The notes below the pieces were generated by a model. That model made no database searches. It was given only the letters and a program-made list of their open reading frames with translations, and was not told where the DNA came from. The translations under genes and the position numbers were made by a program. Shown in pieces: positions 1-33,603 of a stretch of DNA of 64,000 nucleotides. Numbering within the stretch: position 1 is the stretch's first letter; each line of letters begins with the position of its first letter. Source of the DNA: Amoebidium appalachense (taxonomy: Eukaryota; Protista; Ichthyosporea). The DNA lies in the NCBI GenBank assembly GCA_963693365.1, contig CAVNZM010000011.1, positions 6,281,921-6,345,920 on the forward strand, read 5' to 3'.

Positions 1-58
1 CACACACATACACACACACAGACACACGTGTGTACATGTGTGAAAGGGCTACACATAC

Positions 59-8572
<8,514 letters not shown>

Positions 8573-9211
8573 CCTGCTGGGTGTGGTGTACTGCACAAGA
8601 TGCGTTGTCCATGACAAGCCACGACAGAACGCCATTAGAAAGCAAACAACGGGGAAAACAGGGAAGAAAAGGAGAGGCAAAGAGGTGACGAGTGAGGGGT
8701 CAAGGGAGGGGGGAGTTTGGGGGGGGGGGTTGGGGGGGAGCGGGGGAGGGTGCGTGGGAGGGTGGGGGGGGAAGGGGGGGGGGGGGGGGGAGGCAACAGG
8801 AACGATGACATAACCGACAAGGATGAGAACAAAGGTGCTTGGAAGAAGAAACAGAAACACACATCATACTGGTTGTATGAAACGAAAAAGAACACAGTAA
8901 ACCATAAAGAAAAAAGGCTTTTTTGTACGCCCACTGACTCATTGAGTGTGTGTGTGTGTGTACCCTTGTGTGTGTCTGTGTGTGTGTGTGTGTGTGCCTT
9001 GCGTGTGTGTGTGTGAATCTGTGTGTGTGCGTGTGTGTATGTGTGTGTGTCTGTCTGTGTGTGTGTATGTGTGTGTGTGCGCGCGCGTGTGCGTGTGCGT
9101 GTGTGCGTGTGTGTGTGTGTGTGTGTGCGTGCGTGTGTGCGTGTGTACTCGTCAATCACCTGAGATAATGCCGCTGGCAGGCGCGAATAAGGGCTATAGA
9201 GGAGGGAAGGG

Positions 9212-9252
<41 letters not shown>

Positions 9253-9772
9253 AAGCTAAGAGGATGCAAAGATGCAATATGACTAATTTGATCTCAAAAA
9301 GTACTGAGTCATCGTTCATTACCAGCAACAATTATCGACCGATGGTCTAGATTTACCCCCCACCTTCACCCCACACCCCATGCTAAGCCGTATTGCACAA
9401 ACCCACACACCACCGAAATCAGCATACCCCCCCCCCCCCCCCCCCTACGTCCCCCTCTCCCCCCCCCCCCCCCCTCCCCCCCCTCCCCCTTCTCGTATCT
9501 ATCCCCTGCCTCATCTAAGACCACCACCATCCAATATAGAAGCAGCCCAAAAAATTCACACTCCATACCCCAAACATCTTTCAAGCAGAAACGAACCTTG
9601 TGACGTGTGAAGCCTGCTGCCCGGTGCCCGCAGCCGAGGAACGAGAACTAAAATACTAGCGTGCCTACTGAAGGGGATGACGTTATCAAGAAGTTCAAAC
9701 CTACAGAACCATTCGTTACGATCCAACGGGCTGACAAAGGTGTGTGATTTGGTTCGAATGGGGTTAGTTTTG

Positions 9773-10138
9773 TTGACCTGGATCTGAAGAGTGCAAGTTT
9801 AGTTCCACAAGACGCCGTCAAGCACGTAAACCAGTCTGGTGAAGCTGTGCACACACCCGCCTATGTATAGCGATAAAGCTGATTGCATACATACATATAG
9901 CCAAACACTTCAACGTTCTCTCAATCTCTCAAAAAGTTTCACACTGTGGCTGGTTCTTTTTTTTGACCTGGATCTGAAGAGCGCAAGTTTAGTTCCACAG
10001 GACGCCGTCAAGCACGTAAACCAGTCTGGTGAAGCTGTGCACACACCCGCCTATGTATAACGATTAAGCTGATTGCATACATACATATAGCCAAACACTT
10101 CAACGTTCTCTCAAAAGTTTCACACTGTGACTGGTTCT
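9773..10138. repeat. Recent direct tandem duplication, unit about 190 bp, 2 copies
   Basis: ttgacctggatctgaagag..gacgccgtcaagcacgtaaaccagtctggtgaagctgtgcac..agtttcacactgtg..ctggttct occurs at 9773-9957 and 9963-10138, with few substitutions and one short indel. Confidence 0.9.
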
Positions 10139-11042
10139 CACTTTTGGGTCAAGGTGGGCCAACTCGGTTTTATCATCTCCGCAAATGGAGCGTAGATCCC
10201 ATCAAGGAATCGGCCTCTCTGTACAGGCCACTTGTTTTCAGGGTATTCAATGCATGCAAACGTTCTTTACAGGTTAAAAAATGGGAAACATGTCGTGGGA
10301 ACAGTAGCTTCCGTTTTTACTTAATTTTATTTTACACCTCTTTTTGTTATTTCTTTCTTTCTTTTTTTTTGGCCGCGGGGGGGGAGGGCGGGGGGGGGGA
10401 CACCGAAAACTGTACACTATCAAGGAAATTATATACTATCAAGGGCAAACTGGTGCCTGCGCATCCAATCACATTGCATGATTTCTGAGGAAATAGCTTT
10501 ATTAGGAAAGTGTTTACAAACCTGCACCTGATAAGGAATTCATGAGGAAATTTCAGGAAAAGCGGAAAGTCTACCTATCTATTACGTCATTTTTTGGAAG
10601 ATCGTCGCATCTAAATCTAAATATTCGCAAGAAAGAGTCTTCAAACATATGCAAAGGTTCAAAAACGAAAAATGATGTGTTGTGTTCTCAGTTTTTGCAG
10701 GCTGAAGGGGAGGCTGACGTTTTGGCTCATGTAAAGATTCTTGCAATGAAAAGATTTGGGCTTGCACTTGAAATGGGATGACAGAATAGAGGGGAATACA
10801 ACCTTTTCAGGGACAACGGGAGGAAGATATGTAGCAAGCATTCTGAAAGAAGTTCATAAAACAACCCCGGCATCCATGCCATGGACTGAGTTTATCTGAC
10901 ATCACACTGCCTCTCCTGCTAGTAGTATACCTAGGGCGTTTTTTCACCTCTTTTTACGGCCACAGACAAAACCTCCCAAATACCTCATTATAATTCAAAC
11001 AAAAGCCTTTTGGTTTGTCGTCAAAGCCCACATCCATCCAAA

Positions 11043-13664
11043 ATGGCGCCCAAGTTATCGCTCGCGCTCCTTTTCCTGGGCCTCTGTTCACCTGTCTTCG
11101 CAATGAACGTCCCTCTGATCCCTCTGAACGAAAACGATCGTTCTAGTTTCACTTTTCGCATGCGCTGTCCAGAAAAAGAACTTGATCCAGAAGAGCCGAT
11201 GAATTACTGCTCCGAGCGCTTGATTGAGGGAAACCTGAAGGTTGGGGAGCTGTGTCTTCTTCGCCCAGAGCAAGCACGGCCAACACAGGTAGCCATCGGA
11301 AAGGGTTAGTGTATTCAACTGCCCGCCCCGCCTCCCCCCCCCCCTCCCCGCCCCCGCCCCCCTCCCCCCGCCCCGCCCCGCCCCGCCCCCTCCTCCCCCT
11401 CTCATCATAGTGTACTTCGTATTCTGTAATGCATTTTCAAACCCCCACTCCCCCTTCTCTTCCCCACACACACATCATGGCCTTCACTTTCCTCCCCCTC
11501 CCGTCTCTGTGACTTTCCCTTCCTCCTTACTCCCCCCACCCCCCTTACCCTCGGCCCTTTCGAGCCCCTTCTTGAACCTCTACACACACTTACATATGCA
11601 CACATGTACCTTTTGTATACTCATATCACCTCCTATAACACACCCCCTCACCTTACCACACTCTGATGATCTCTCAGTTGTGTCTTTGTTCTTCACTCAT
11701 TCTTAATCTGTTCACCTTCTCCACCTCAAACCATTTCTCTCCCCGAGCCCTTGAACCCCCTTATGGATTTTTTTCCACCTCTATCCCATCACCCCTGCCT
11801 TTTGCCCTATACCTTTCTTCTCCGTTGCCTCTGGGCCCCCCTGCCCCTCCTTCTCTTGCTCGTTGCTCCCAAAGTTTGTCTTTCACACCGGTTACCATGT
11901 TATTTTGACTGCTGGCATCCCCCCTCCTCCCGACCCGCCCGTCCCTTCGTGGCCGATGCATTCGCGACTGCCACCACCATCATCGTGGGCATGCATTACA
12001 TATACACGCAAAATTGCTAACACACGCGGAACATAATAAACTGCATGCTGCATGCTCGTGGATTTGGACACCATATGTCTGGATACAGAGCCCTAACTCG
12101 CCCCCCTCCCCCCCATTTTATGTTTTCTTTCCTTCTATGTTTGCTACCCTCTGATGCATAAATGACACCTCCTCCCCCTCCCCCCTCCTCCCCACTCTCT
12201 CCCCGTACCCCCCCCCCCCCCCCCTCTCCCCCCCTTCGCTCACCTGTCACACATCCCCACGCCTAAGTATATTATCTCAACTACTTGTATCATATCACTT
12301 CAGTATCTCCCCTCCCCCCCCCCCCCCCCCCCGCCAAACACATACACACACCTTGCATCCCCCCCCCCCCCCCCCCCCCTTCCTTTTTTTTTTTTGGGCA
12401 GGCGGCGGGACGGGGGGGGGGGGGGGGGGGTTTCCTTTGCTGTTTACCACCCTTGTTCTTGTCTCCGTCTCCAAGCACATCTAACACCAACCCCCTCCCC
12501 CCCCCCCCCTCCCTCCCTCCCTCCCTCCCCTCCACCCCCCCTCTTCCCCCCCCCCCCCCCCCCCCCCACCCCACCCCACCCTCTTCCTCCCTTCCTTCCC
12601 CTCCCCCCGCCCTCCCCCTCTTTTTCTCCATGCAGTTCTTGCCCGCTGTATCACCAGACAGCTGGAACAAGACAAGAAACATGAAATCCGACAGTATGTA
12701 AGGGCATTGCAGATTCCTACCGTTGTGGGGCCTGGGGGCACGTTCTACATAACGGATAACCACCATCTGGCTTATGCTCTGTTCGAGGCCACGCTTAAGT
12801 TTAGCAACCCCATGCTGCAGCGTGTAATGTGAGTATTTTCCTTATTTGGTGAAAGTGGGTATTTCCTTATATGGCGGAGTGTGTATGATTGGCTCTCCTT
12901 GTGTGAACTGTAATGTTTGTTCTGTCTGTGTTGGGGCGATGTTTAAGTTTAGCAACCCCATGCTGCAGCGTGTTTTGTCATCTGATGTGGTAGAGTGTGT
13001 ATTTTTGTATTTTTGTATTTTTGTGAGTGTTTTTTTAGTGGGTATGCATGTAACTTCCTATTCTTCCTTCTTGTATGGATTGTAATCTGTTTTATGTCTG
13101 TTTGAGGCGAGGTTGAAGTTTAGCAACACTATGCTGCATTGCGTCATGTGAGTGTTTCCTTATATGGTGAAAGTGGGGATGTTTTTTAGTGTTTCTCTAT
13201 CTGGGTAAAGGGCTATTGCGAAGCAGCATGCAGTGTCTGGCGCAGTAATGCTCAAGTCCAGCAACCTCATTCGGCAACACACATTATGATGTGTTTTTTT
13301 TGTGTGTGTGTCATTATACTTTCCTTAGCAAGGTAAAGTGATATATGAACCCCTTGGCTGTTTCGTTCAATGTGTAAAGCCTACCTCATTTGTTGATATG
13401 TTTAACTGGGTTTATGTCGTTGCCTGAGCGTCGTGTTTTTTTGACCTGCACTTGCATTATGCCTGGTGGAATGTATCATGATCGTTTTGATGTGGCAATG
13501 ATCTGCATATTGAGGGGGGGAAAGGCCTTGTATGGCATTGAGATGTTCTCCCCCCCCCCCCCCCCCACCCCCCCCGGGGATCTCCTCGTTGCTCCGGTCA
13601 TCTTCGTTTCCCTGGTGCCATCTCGATGTTTGGCCCTTCTCCTTCGGGGGACCCCCCCCCCCAA

Positions 13665-13745
<81 letters not shown>

Positions 13746-13799
13746 ACAGGCATGCACACGCACTCGCATGCATTCATCACACACACGCAGACGCACACA

Positions 13800-13844
<45 letters not shown>

Positions 13845-14591
13845 ACGCGTGCATTGACAGTGACTACGGCAACAAGACAGTCGATGAATTTATCACCACC
13901 CTTCAAGAGAGAAACAGCATCTACTTGCATGATGAGACGGGCACAGCTGTGCAGGTGTGTGTGTGTGCGTGTTTTTTTTTTTTTTTTTTTTTTTGGGGGG
14001 GGGGGGGGGGGTGGAGGTATAGGGGTGTGTGTGTGTGGGTGTGTTTGTGGGTGTGGGTGTGTGTGGGTGTGTAGGGGTATTTGGTGTGTGGGTGGGTGTG
14101 GGTGTGTAGGGGTATTTGGTGTGTGGGTGTGCTTGCATGATGAAACGGGCACAGTAGGTGTGGGTGGGTGGGTGGGTGGGTGAGTAGGTGGGTGGGTGGA
14201 GGTGGGTCGGTGTGTTTGTCTGTGCATGGGTGCATGCGTGTGGGTGCGTCGGGGGGGGGGGGGGGGGGGGGGGGCTGCCTTTCTCTACACTTCCTACTCT
14301 TAGCTATAACCCATAACACGCTTTCTTTAACCCTCCAGGCCAAGGATGTGCCGACGGCGCTTAAAGACATGGCGGATGACCCATACCGTACCCTCTCCGA
14401 GTGGGTGCAGTCCAGCAGGGGATACATCAAGTGTGGAGGCACTGACACGGAGAAGCTCTACCAGTGAGTGACCCCCCCCCCCCCCCCCCCCCCCTCCCCC
14501 CCCCCCCCCCCCCCCCCCCCACCTCCCTCGCTCTATGTATATATACATGTCCTTGGGTAGGTGGTGGGTGGGTGGGTGGGTAGGGGTGTGT

Positions 14592-14661
<70 letters not shown>

Positions 14662-15478
14662 CTCTTTTTCTTAGGGGGGGAAAAGCAATAGGAGAGAGAG
14701 TGAGAAAAGAATTTGGGGGGGTGGGGGTGGGGTGGGAATATGTGCCCCTTCACGAGTACATATGTCAGGTGACGGGTTTTTCCCGGATGCTCACGGCCTA
14801 TTGCTGGCTTCATTCTTGATTTGCTTGCCCCCCCCCCCCTCCCCCCTCCCCCCCTTCTCCTGACCCACCCATGTTCAAATGGAGCAGTTTCTTAATTTGG
14901 TGTCCTATGCCGTATTCGCATTGTGTTGTCTGTCAGCCGTGAATGTGTACTTTGCAATCTGCAATACACTTTACCCCCCCCCCTCCCCCCGATGTTTCAA
15001 CCCTCCGATGCATACATCATTCCCCCCTCCCTCCCTTCCCCCCCCCCTCCCTCCCTCCCCCCCCCCCCCCCCTCCCCAACGGCGCTGCCCCCCCTCCCCT
15101 CTCCCCCTTCTTAAAAGGTGTGTTCATTACCGTGTAGGTTCAAAGCATGTTTATCCCCCCCCACCCCCCCACCCCCCTCATCCTCCTCCTCCTCCTCTCT
15201 CCACTGACCTTCCTTTTTTGGCAGGTGTGCACATTCCGGTGATGCCCCCCTCTACCTCGAGTTTTTGTGGGCAAACTTCTTCCGGTCAAAGCTTCCAGGT
15301 AAACAACCCCTTACCTTCCCCCCCCCCCCCTCTTCCTCTCCAGGGAAAAAATGACTGGGTGTATGTGTGTTAATGAGAAAAAGAGAAGGGAAGGGGGGGG
15401 GGGGGGGGGGGGGGGATTAACCGCTCGTATGGTTCATCAACTCCCTTTAATACAAACCCCCTTCTCTGTTGTCATTTA

Positions 15479-15514
<36 letters not shown>

Positions 15515-15775
15515 CAAAAAAAAAAAAAAAAAAAAAAAAAAGCAATTAACCCCTCCTATGTTTTCCCTAACATTAACCCCTTCATTTTTCTCCCTAACAT
15601 TAACCCCTTCAGTTTTCTCCCAAACATTAACCCCTTGCATGTTTCCTTAGTGATTGTGTATCATGGCTCCAAGGGCATTCCCGATGTACACCCGCACCTC
15701 TCCGACTTCATCTACCAGACCAACCTGCAGTCTCAGGTTCAAGCCCTGCGGAGTGTCTATGACTTGGTACCATAC

Positions 15776-15809
<34 letters not shown>

Positions 15810-15987
15810 CACGGTGGCCCATGTCCGTAGTCAGACCACGAGCACATGTTTTAGAGCACACACACACATGTGTATATACACAAGCATATGGACACCTTCA
15901 CACATGCCAGCTCGACCCCACGAATGCACACGTCCACCCGCACACATACGGACATATGCGAGCACATATGCACATCACACATGCTAG

Positions 15988-16018
<31 letters not shown>

Positions 16019-16284
16019 TACGGGTTGACCTGCCCAAGTTCAGTTGATGCTGCTGTCTGAGTTGGAGCGTCGTATATACGCGGGCTAAGGGGTCGAAACT
16101 CAGACGCAATTGATGACTTGGGTCCTCCCTGAGGATGGGCTCTGCTTATGACGCATACTGTGCACATGGCTGATGTTGCATACTTGAATGTTTGCCTTTG
16201 CATGTGTCCTGCACCATGCTTCTCGTCGTGTATGCGTACTTCGTACCGTGTTCCGCATTCAAACCCCCCTTCCCCGGCCCGCCG

Positions 16285-16330
<46 letters not shown>

Positions 16331-16892
16331 CCACGTACACAAACACACACGCACACACACACACTCTCTCCCTCTCTCCTTCCCTCCCTCCCTCCCTCGC
16401 TCCCCTCCCCCCCCCCCCCCCCCCCCCCCCCTCTCCCTCCCCCCCCCCCCCTCCCCCCCCCTCCCTCCCTCCCTCCCTCCCTCCCTCCCTCCCTCTCTCA
16501 CACATGCACACTTTTCCCCACAGGCCCAAGACACAGCCCTCTCGACCGACGCTCAAGACATGTCCGGGTACAACTGGAGCCGTGACGTCATGGCTCCCTT
16601 TAAGATCGAAATCGACGAACGCGGATGCGTTAAAGACACCCCCCCACCCTCCCCAAAGCCCCACCACCACCACAAATCCCCCCACAAACACCCCCACGAA
16701 CACGAACACGAATACGAACACGAACACATGGATCAGAGAGCGGAGGGGAGCGGACGGACGTTGGTGCGGGCGGAATCGGAGACCGACAAGTTGGAGGAAT
16801 CGGACGATGTGATTGGTTCGGAGAGTTTGGCGGAAGATTTGAAAACGGAGAAGGAAGAAGGGTGCCAGGGGATGGCGTGTGTTGCAGTTTGA
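11043..16892 (+). CDS. Secreted ParB/Srx-like protein (ParBc_2, PF08857-like putative nuclease) with His-rich C-terminal tail, about 416 aa
   Basis: Seven phase-consistent GT-AG exons: 11043-11304, 12636-12828, 13843-13954, 14339-14463, 15225-15298, 15651-15766, 16524-16892 (1251 nt). N-terminal signal peptide MAPKLSLALLFLGLCSPVFA. The motifs RPTQVAIG, IPTVVGPGGTFYITDNHHLAYAL, MADDPYRTLS and YLEFLWANFFR match my recollection of the ParBc_2 family. Confidence 0.85.
15546..15640 (+). repeat. Intronic minisatellite, about 27-bp unit x4, ending at an acceptor site
   Basis: ttaacccct(t)c..ttttc(t)ccctaaca repeated four times immediately before the exon at 15651. Confidence 0.8.
16020..16268 (+). 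mobile_element. Family A short interspersed element, longest copy (about 250 bp), ending ...ttccgcattcaaa-C-run
   Basis: Near-identical inverted copy at 19638-19865 and shorter copies elsewhere. Internal inverted repeats cccaagt/acttggg and gtctgagtt/aactcagac. Conserved core ccctgaggatgggctctgc. Confidence 0.75.
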
Positions 16893-17259
16893 AAACTGGG
16901 CGGGTATTGATGTTTCTTGAATTTTTTTCGGAAAGAAAAATTTGGAACATTTGGTGTGCATGTTTGACTTTTTTGTTCGTTGGTTTCTCGTTTTCTACCC
17001 CCAGTGGCCCAGGGGCTGGGAGAAGAAGGGGGGGGGGGGGGGGGGGGGGAATATATGTGTACAGGAGCAAACAGACTATCTATACTATGTGAATATGTGA
17101 AATATTGGAAAGGAATTCGTGGTTAGTTTCTTCTTCTCTTTTCCCCCCGCAAACTTTTAGTTCTTTGCAGCGGCATTCCTAGTGGCTTTTTTTTTTTTTG
17201 TGGTGGTGGTGGTGGTGGTGGTGGTGGTGGTGGGGGTGGGGGGGGGGGGGGGGGGGGGG

Positions 17260-17313
<54 letters not shown>

Positions 17314-17805
17314 TGAAGATTGGTTTGACAAAAAAGGGCGGAAGTTCAGGATTTCAGGGTTTCTAAAAGGCATCAATTGGTCGTGTGGTGCTGGATGGTG
17401 TGTATGTGTATATTTATTCTGATGCAGTCATTATGGAGATATATTCTTGGTTGGATATGTGCGGCCAAAATACGAGGAAAGCAGAAATTTGGAACACATG
17501 CGGAATATATGTACCTGATTGTAATTCACCTATGAATTTCCAATCCAATCCAAGACTTAGAATTCAAGTTTGCAACATTCCTGCTTTTTGGTTTGTTATT
17601 TATACAAATATGGCAAATGAATCACAAATTTGCAGCCAATATCCCAGAGACACGGCCATTTGCTGGATCAATGGTAAATAAATGGGACGAAAATTTCAAT
17701 ATTTATCTCTGAATTCTTGCGCTGTGCATGCTGAGCCTCGCACACAGTCGTGTCCTAGAAAACGTCAATCATGAACAGTATGTATTGAATGGGCAATCGA
17801 CGATG

Positions 17806-17852
<47 letters not shown>

Positions 17853-18757
17853 CGGGGATCCCCCCCCCCACCCCTCCCTGCCCTATCCCCTCCGCAGGCT
17901 CCCCTGGAGCTCTCGAGTCTTACACTCTCTGAGGGACGAGAAAATGCATGAAACCAAACTGGTGCGCCAGCAATATAAGGCTGTATACCTCAGGTGACTG
18001 AAGACTTCGGGTTTTCATGTTCTATTTTATTTGGAAAAATGCTTGGGTGTCGAAGCTATACCTGAATTATTTGTCACGCTGCAAGTGCAGTACAACGATT
18101 TCCAAGGAACCATGGTGTGTCGACATACTCTTTTTGAACAAGGATAGGGGTGTCTAATCAGTGCTTTTCTGTTGAACAATCTATCACGAACATTTATTCT
18201 CTTGCAGGCAACGGTGAGTGTGCTCTAGTGACGATTATAATAGATAGTAAGCAAAAGTGCGTATGATCGATATCTATGATATTGCGATTGATGTATCCAC
18301 TGCTAGTAGTTCACAAGGACAAAACTATATGACGCTTGCATAGTCACGCACACACACGTATGCACACACCCACCACACCCCACACACGCACGCACACACG
18401 CACACACGCATACACACATGAACAGGCACATAGGTGCACGCACGCACACACACACACAGACACACACTGTTGCACACACACCTTTGTCTCCCCCCCCCCC
18501 CCCCCCCCCCCCTCCCCCCCCCCCCCCCCCCCCCCCCCCCCGGGAAAAAAAAATCTCCCCACGCACTAACATACAAATGCTTGCATACTTTGACACAGTA
18601 GAGAGTAGAGAAATCAAGATGGGTTGAAAAACGAAGTATGTGCACTGAATCGAGGGAAACACAATATTGTGTGTGTGTGCGTGCGTGTGCTGCGTGCGTG
18701 CGCGCACGTGTGTGTTGGTTGGGGGGCCCGGGGGGAGGGGGTGGGGGCGGGAGCAAT

Positions 18758-18813
<56 letters not shown>

Positions 18814-19128
18814 AAACACATTGTTTCTCGACTTTTCCGAGCTTCATATAGTGCAGTTGGTCCTTGGCGCCCTCCAGGCAGGACGTGTGTTTTACTCTCC
18901 AAGCAGTCAAACCCAGCTTTCATACAACATTCAATATGGTGGAAGTAAAACAACAGAAATTCTACATATTCCTGTGAGTGGATATGCATACAACTATTAT
19001 TTCTGAGCCAGATTTTAGGCTACACTTGTGCAGGAATGCCTAATCGGGGCTCAAAACTATCGGATAGTTATGATGTAGGCCAAATTTTGTATAGCTAGTC
19101 CCGCCTATTGCAGGTGCAAGATGCAACG

Positions 19129-19226
<98 letters not shown>

Positions 19227-19432
19227 TGCGCGTGCGCATCTGTGCGTGCATGCTTGTGTGTGTGTCGTTATGCATGTGCACGCAAGTGTTTATGCATGCG
19301 TGCGTGCCTGTTGAGTGTGTTCATGTTCCGTGCCTGTGGTGTGTGCATGTGTGTGTGTGTGTGCACACGTGTGTGTGCATGTGTGGATGAGACTCAAAGA
19401 GAAGGTCTAAAACCCGACGATGGCCAGTGGTC

Positions 19433-31328
<11,896 letters not shown>

Positions 31329-33603
31329 CTTCGCTCCAGATGTCTCTAGCCTAGTGCGGCCAAAGTTCTTCAACTAAAGGAAAAGAGGGTTGCCTGAGTG
31401 TAACGTTTAAATTAGGAAAAAAATTCGATCGCTATACCCGACCTTATATATTTTACTGCTGTCCTAAAACAACCGTCAAGACATGCAATCGTTCAAAACA
31501 TGAACACTACAGTATATTTCAAAAGAGCTCGAACAGAGCTCAACACAGAAAGGTTTCCCCTTTATTAACCTTGTGAGTCAAGCGTCGATTGTGAACTACT
31601 ACTTTGCGATGGTCGACAGAGAATTAAGCAAGCTTATCATCCATTAAGCCAACCACCGGCTCCTGCAAGGCATACACAACTTGTCACCAACCTAATTAGC
31701 TAAAACCTGCAGAAACAAGCACAGCCCATGTTTATATACTCGTGCTTGTCGCGCCTCTGTCTCCAGTAATTTGTCTGTCTCACTTTGCTGCTGCTGCGGA
31801 TCGGATTCGCCGCACACGTGTGATCAGTCACTGGATCAGTGGTGAGCCGGGGCGAGGTTTGATTGGCTCAATCTAGATTTATTTGAATAGATCTCACGGA
31901 TACAAACTGTTTCTGTCTCCGTGCACATACGCTCACATACGCACGCACACGTGTAGCTACGCGTGTACAGTGGATGCTCATCATCGGGGCCACGCCCAGG
32001 CCCTCATACTGCAGTTGCTATCTCTAGTATTGCCATATATGCACTTGCACATGCAGGCATTGTTTTCGACATAGTCGTCGACTGACGGCGCATCCCGGAC
32101 TCCGAGGATCCTAGCTCCGGATCCGGATCCCAGACTGACTCAGGCTTGGTAAGTCAAATATTCTGACAAAATTTTTGCCACAGGATCCTCATCATGGGTG
32201 TACGGGCATTCGATAACCGGTTAACACAGGGCGTTCCCCCGCTTGGAGCGAGTAGATACCATTCAAGATTTCGACGGAACCACTGATCATGACGGAACCA
32301 ACGTTGTGAACCGTTCGGAGCGAGAAAAACCGTTGCCAAGTTGTGACAGTGACTGATCATGACACACACACTGACACACATACTTCCCCACCTGGGAGGC
32401 GCTCGCAATCGTGGATGTATGTACCCGGGGGCCGGTCGTGATACGGTACAGTAGCGGTCGTGACCGGTATGATACCTCCGCAGTGCAACCCACGTGTGAC
32501 GGCTCCAAGCGGCCTAGTATCTAGGAGGCCTTGGACTGCTCACGTGCAGAGCTAGCCACTCGCGCACGTGCACTGCTGTACGTACGACCCTCCCTTACCT
32601 ACCCCCCCCCCCCTCCCTCCCTCCCTGCCCCCAGCCCGGCTATTAATTCCCTAATATTTAGGTTTATACACAACATGTACATGCGCGACGCGTAGCCTCA
32701 GTAGAATGTCATGATCATACACAAAGTAGGCCGTCACGTGAGGCTGGGCCCCAGATCTAGACAGTGTCCATAGCAATAAAAAGTGTGTAAACCCCAATAC
32801 ACAAAGCATACATACAATGTCACCATACATCCGCGTGTTAACAAAGTTGCTGCACCGTACACGTGCCTTAAGGCGACACACAAACACACACAATCATAAC
32901 ACACTGCATGCACGCAATCACAATTATGCTGTCCTCCGCATTTCTTTTCCGGATTTTCGGTAGCTGTTCAAGTACTGTAGTGGCCAACCAGCAGCCAGTA
33001 GGAAATTAACCGTTGTTTATTTATAAATATGAATAATGATTGGTACTTACAAAAGTGATAAAAGATAACATCTTAAACAAAGATATCAATGAGATGTAAT
33101 AAAAATTGCAGCTTGCGTCAAAAACATCGGGCTGGCACATCGGCCGCAAAAACCGTTCCAGTCACCCAATCGCCGAGCCTGTTCATAATATGAATTACAT
33201 GCGTAATTCTCAAAATTCTATAGGAAAAGTTCCGTCCAAAACAAACCTGAAATGAGGTTTATCCACATGGATTATTCTTCCAACAAATCTATACACAGAC
33301 TTTTTCCCGCTGCTGAAAAGCCGCAAACTCTCATGTAATGTCTTCGTAGTGGGATTAAATAGACACAGCAACTACATACTGAAGCTGTCCGGGCTATAAA
33401 AGGTATCATGTTAAAAATATTAATATTACTATATGTGGAAATATTTGATTGAGATGCTGTATAAAATATCTGTCCAACATTCGCAAAAACAATCATTATA
33501 TTATATACTTCCTATTCTATTCCACAATCATTTTGCGAAAAAACATACAATTCAATTAACACCAACCATGCCAACCCACCACGACCATCAACCCCATATA
33601 AGG

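Noticed and set aside
16085-16146. Hammerhead ribozyme in family A (CGAAAC..GTC..CTGAGGA)
   Set aside because: Only 4 nt are available for stem I, stem II cannot pair, and the GUC triplet is GCC in the 19638-19865 copy
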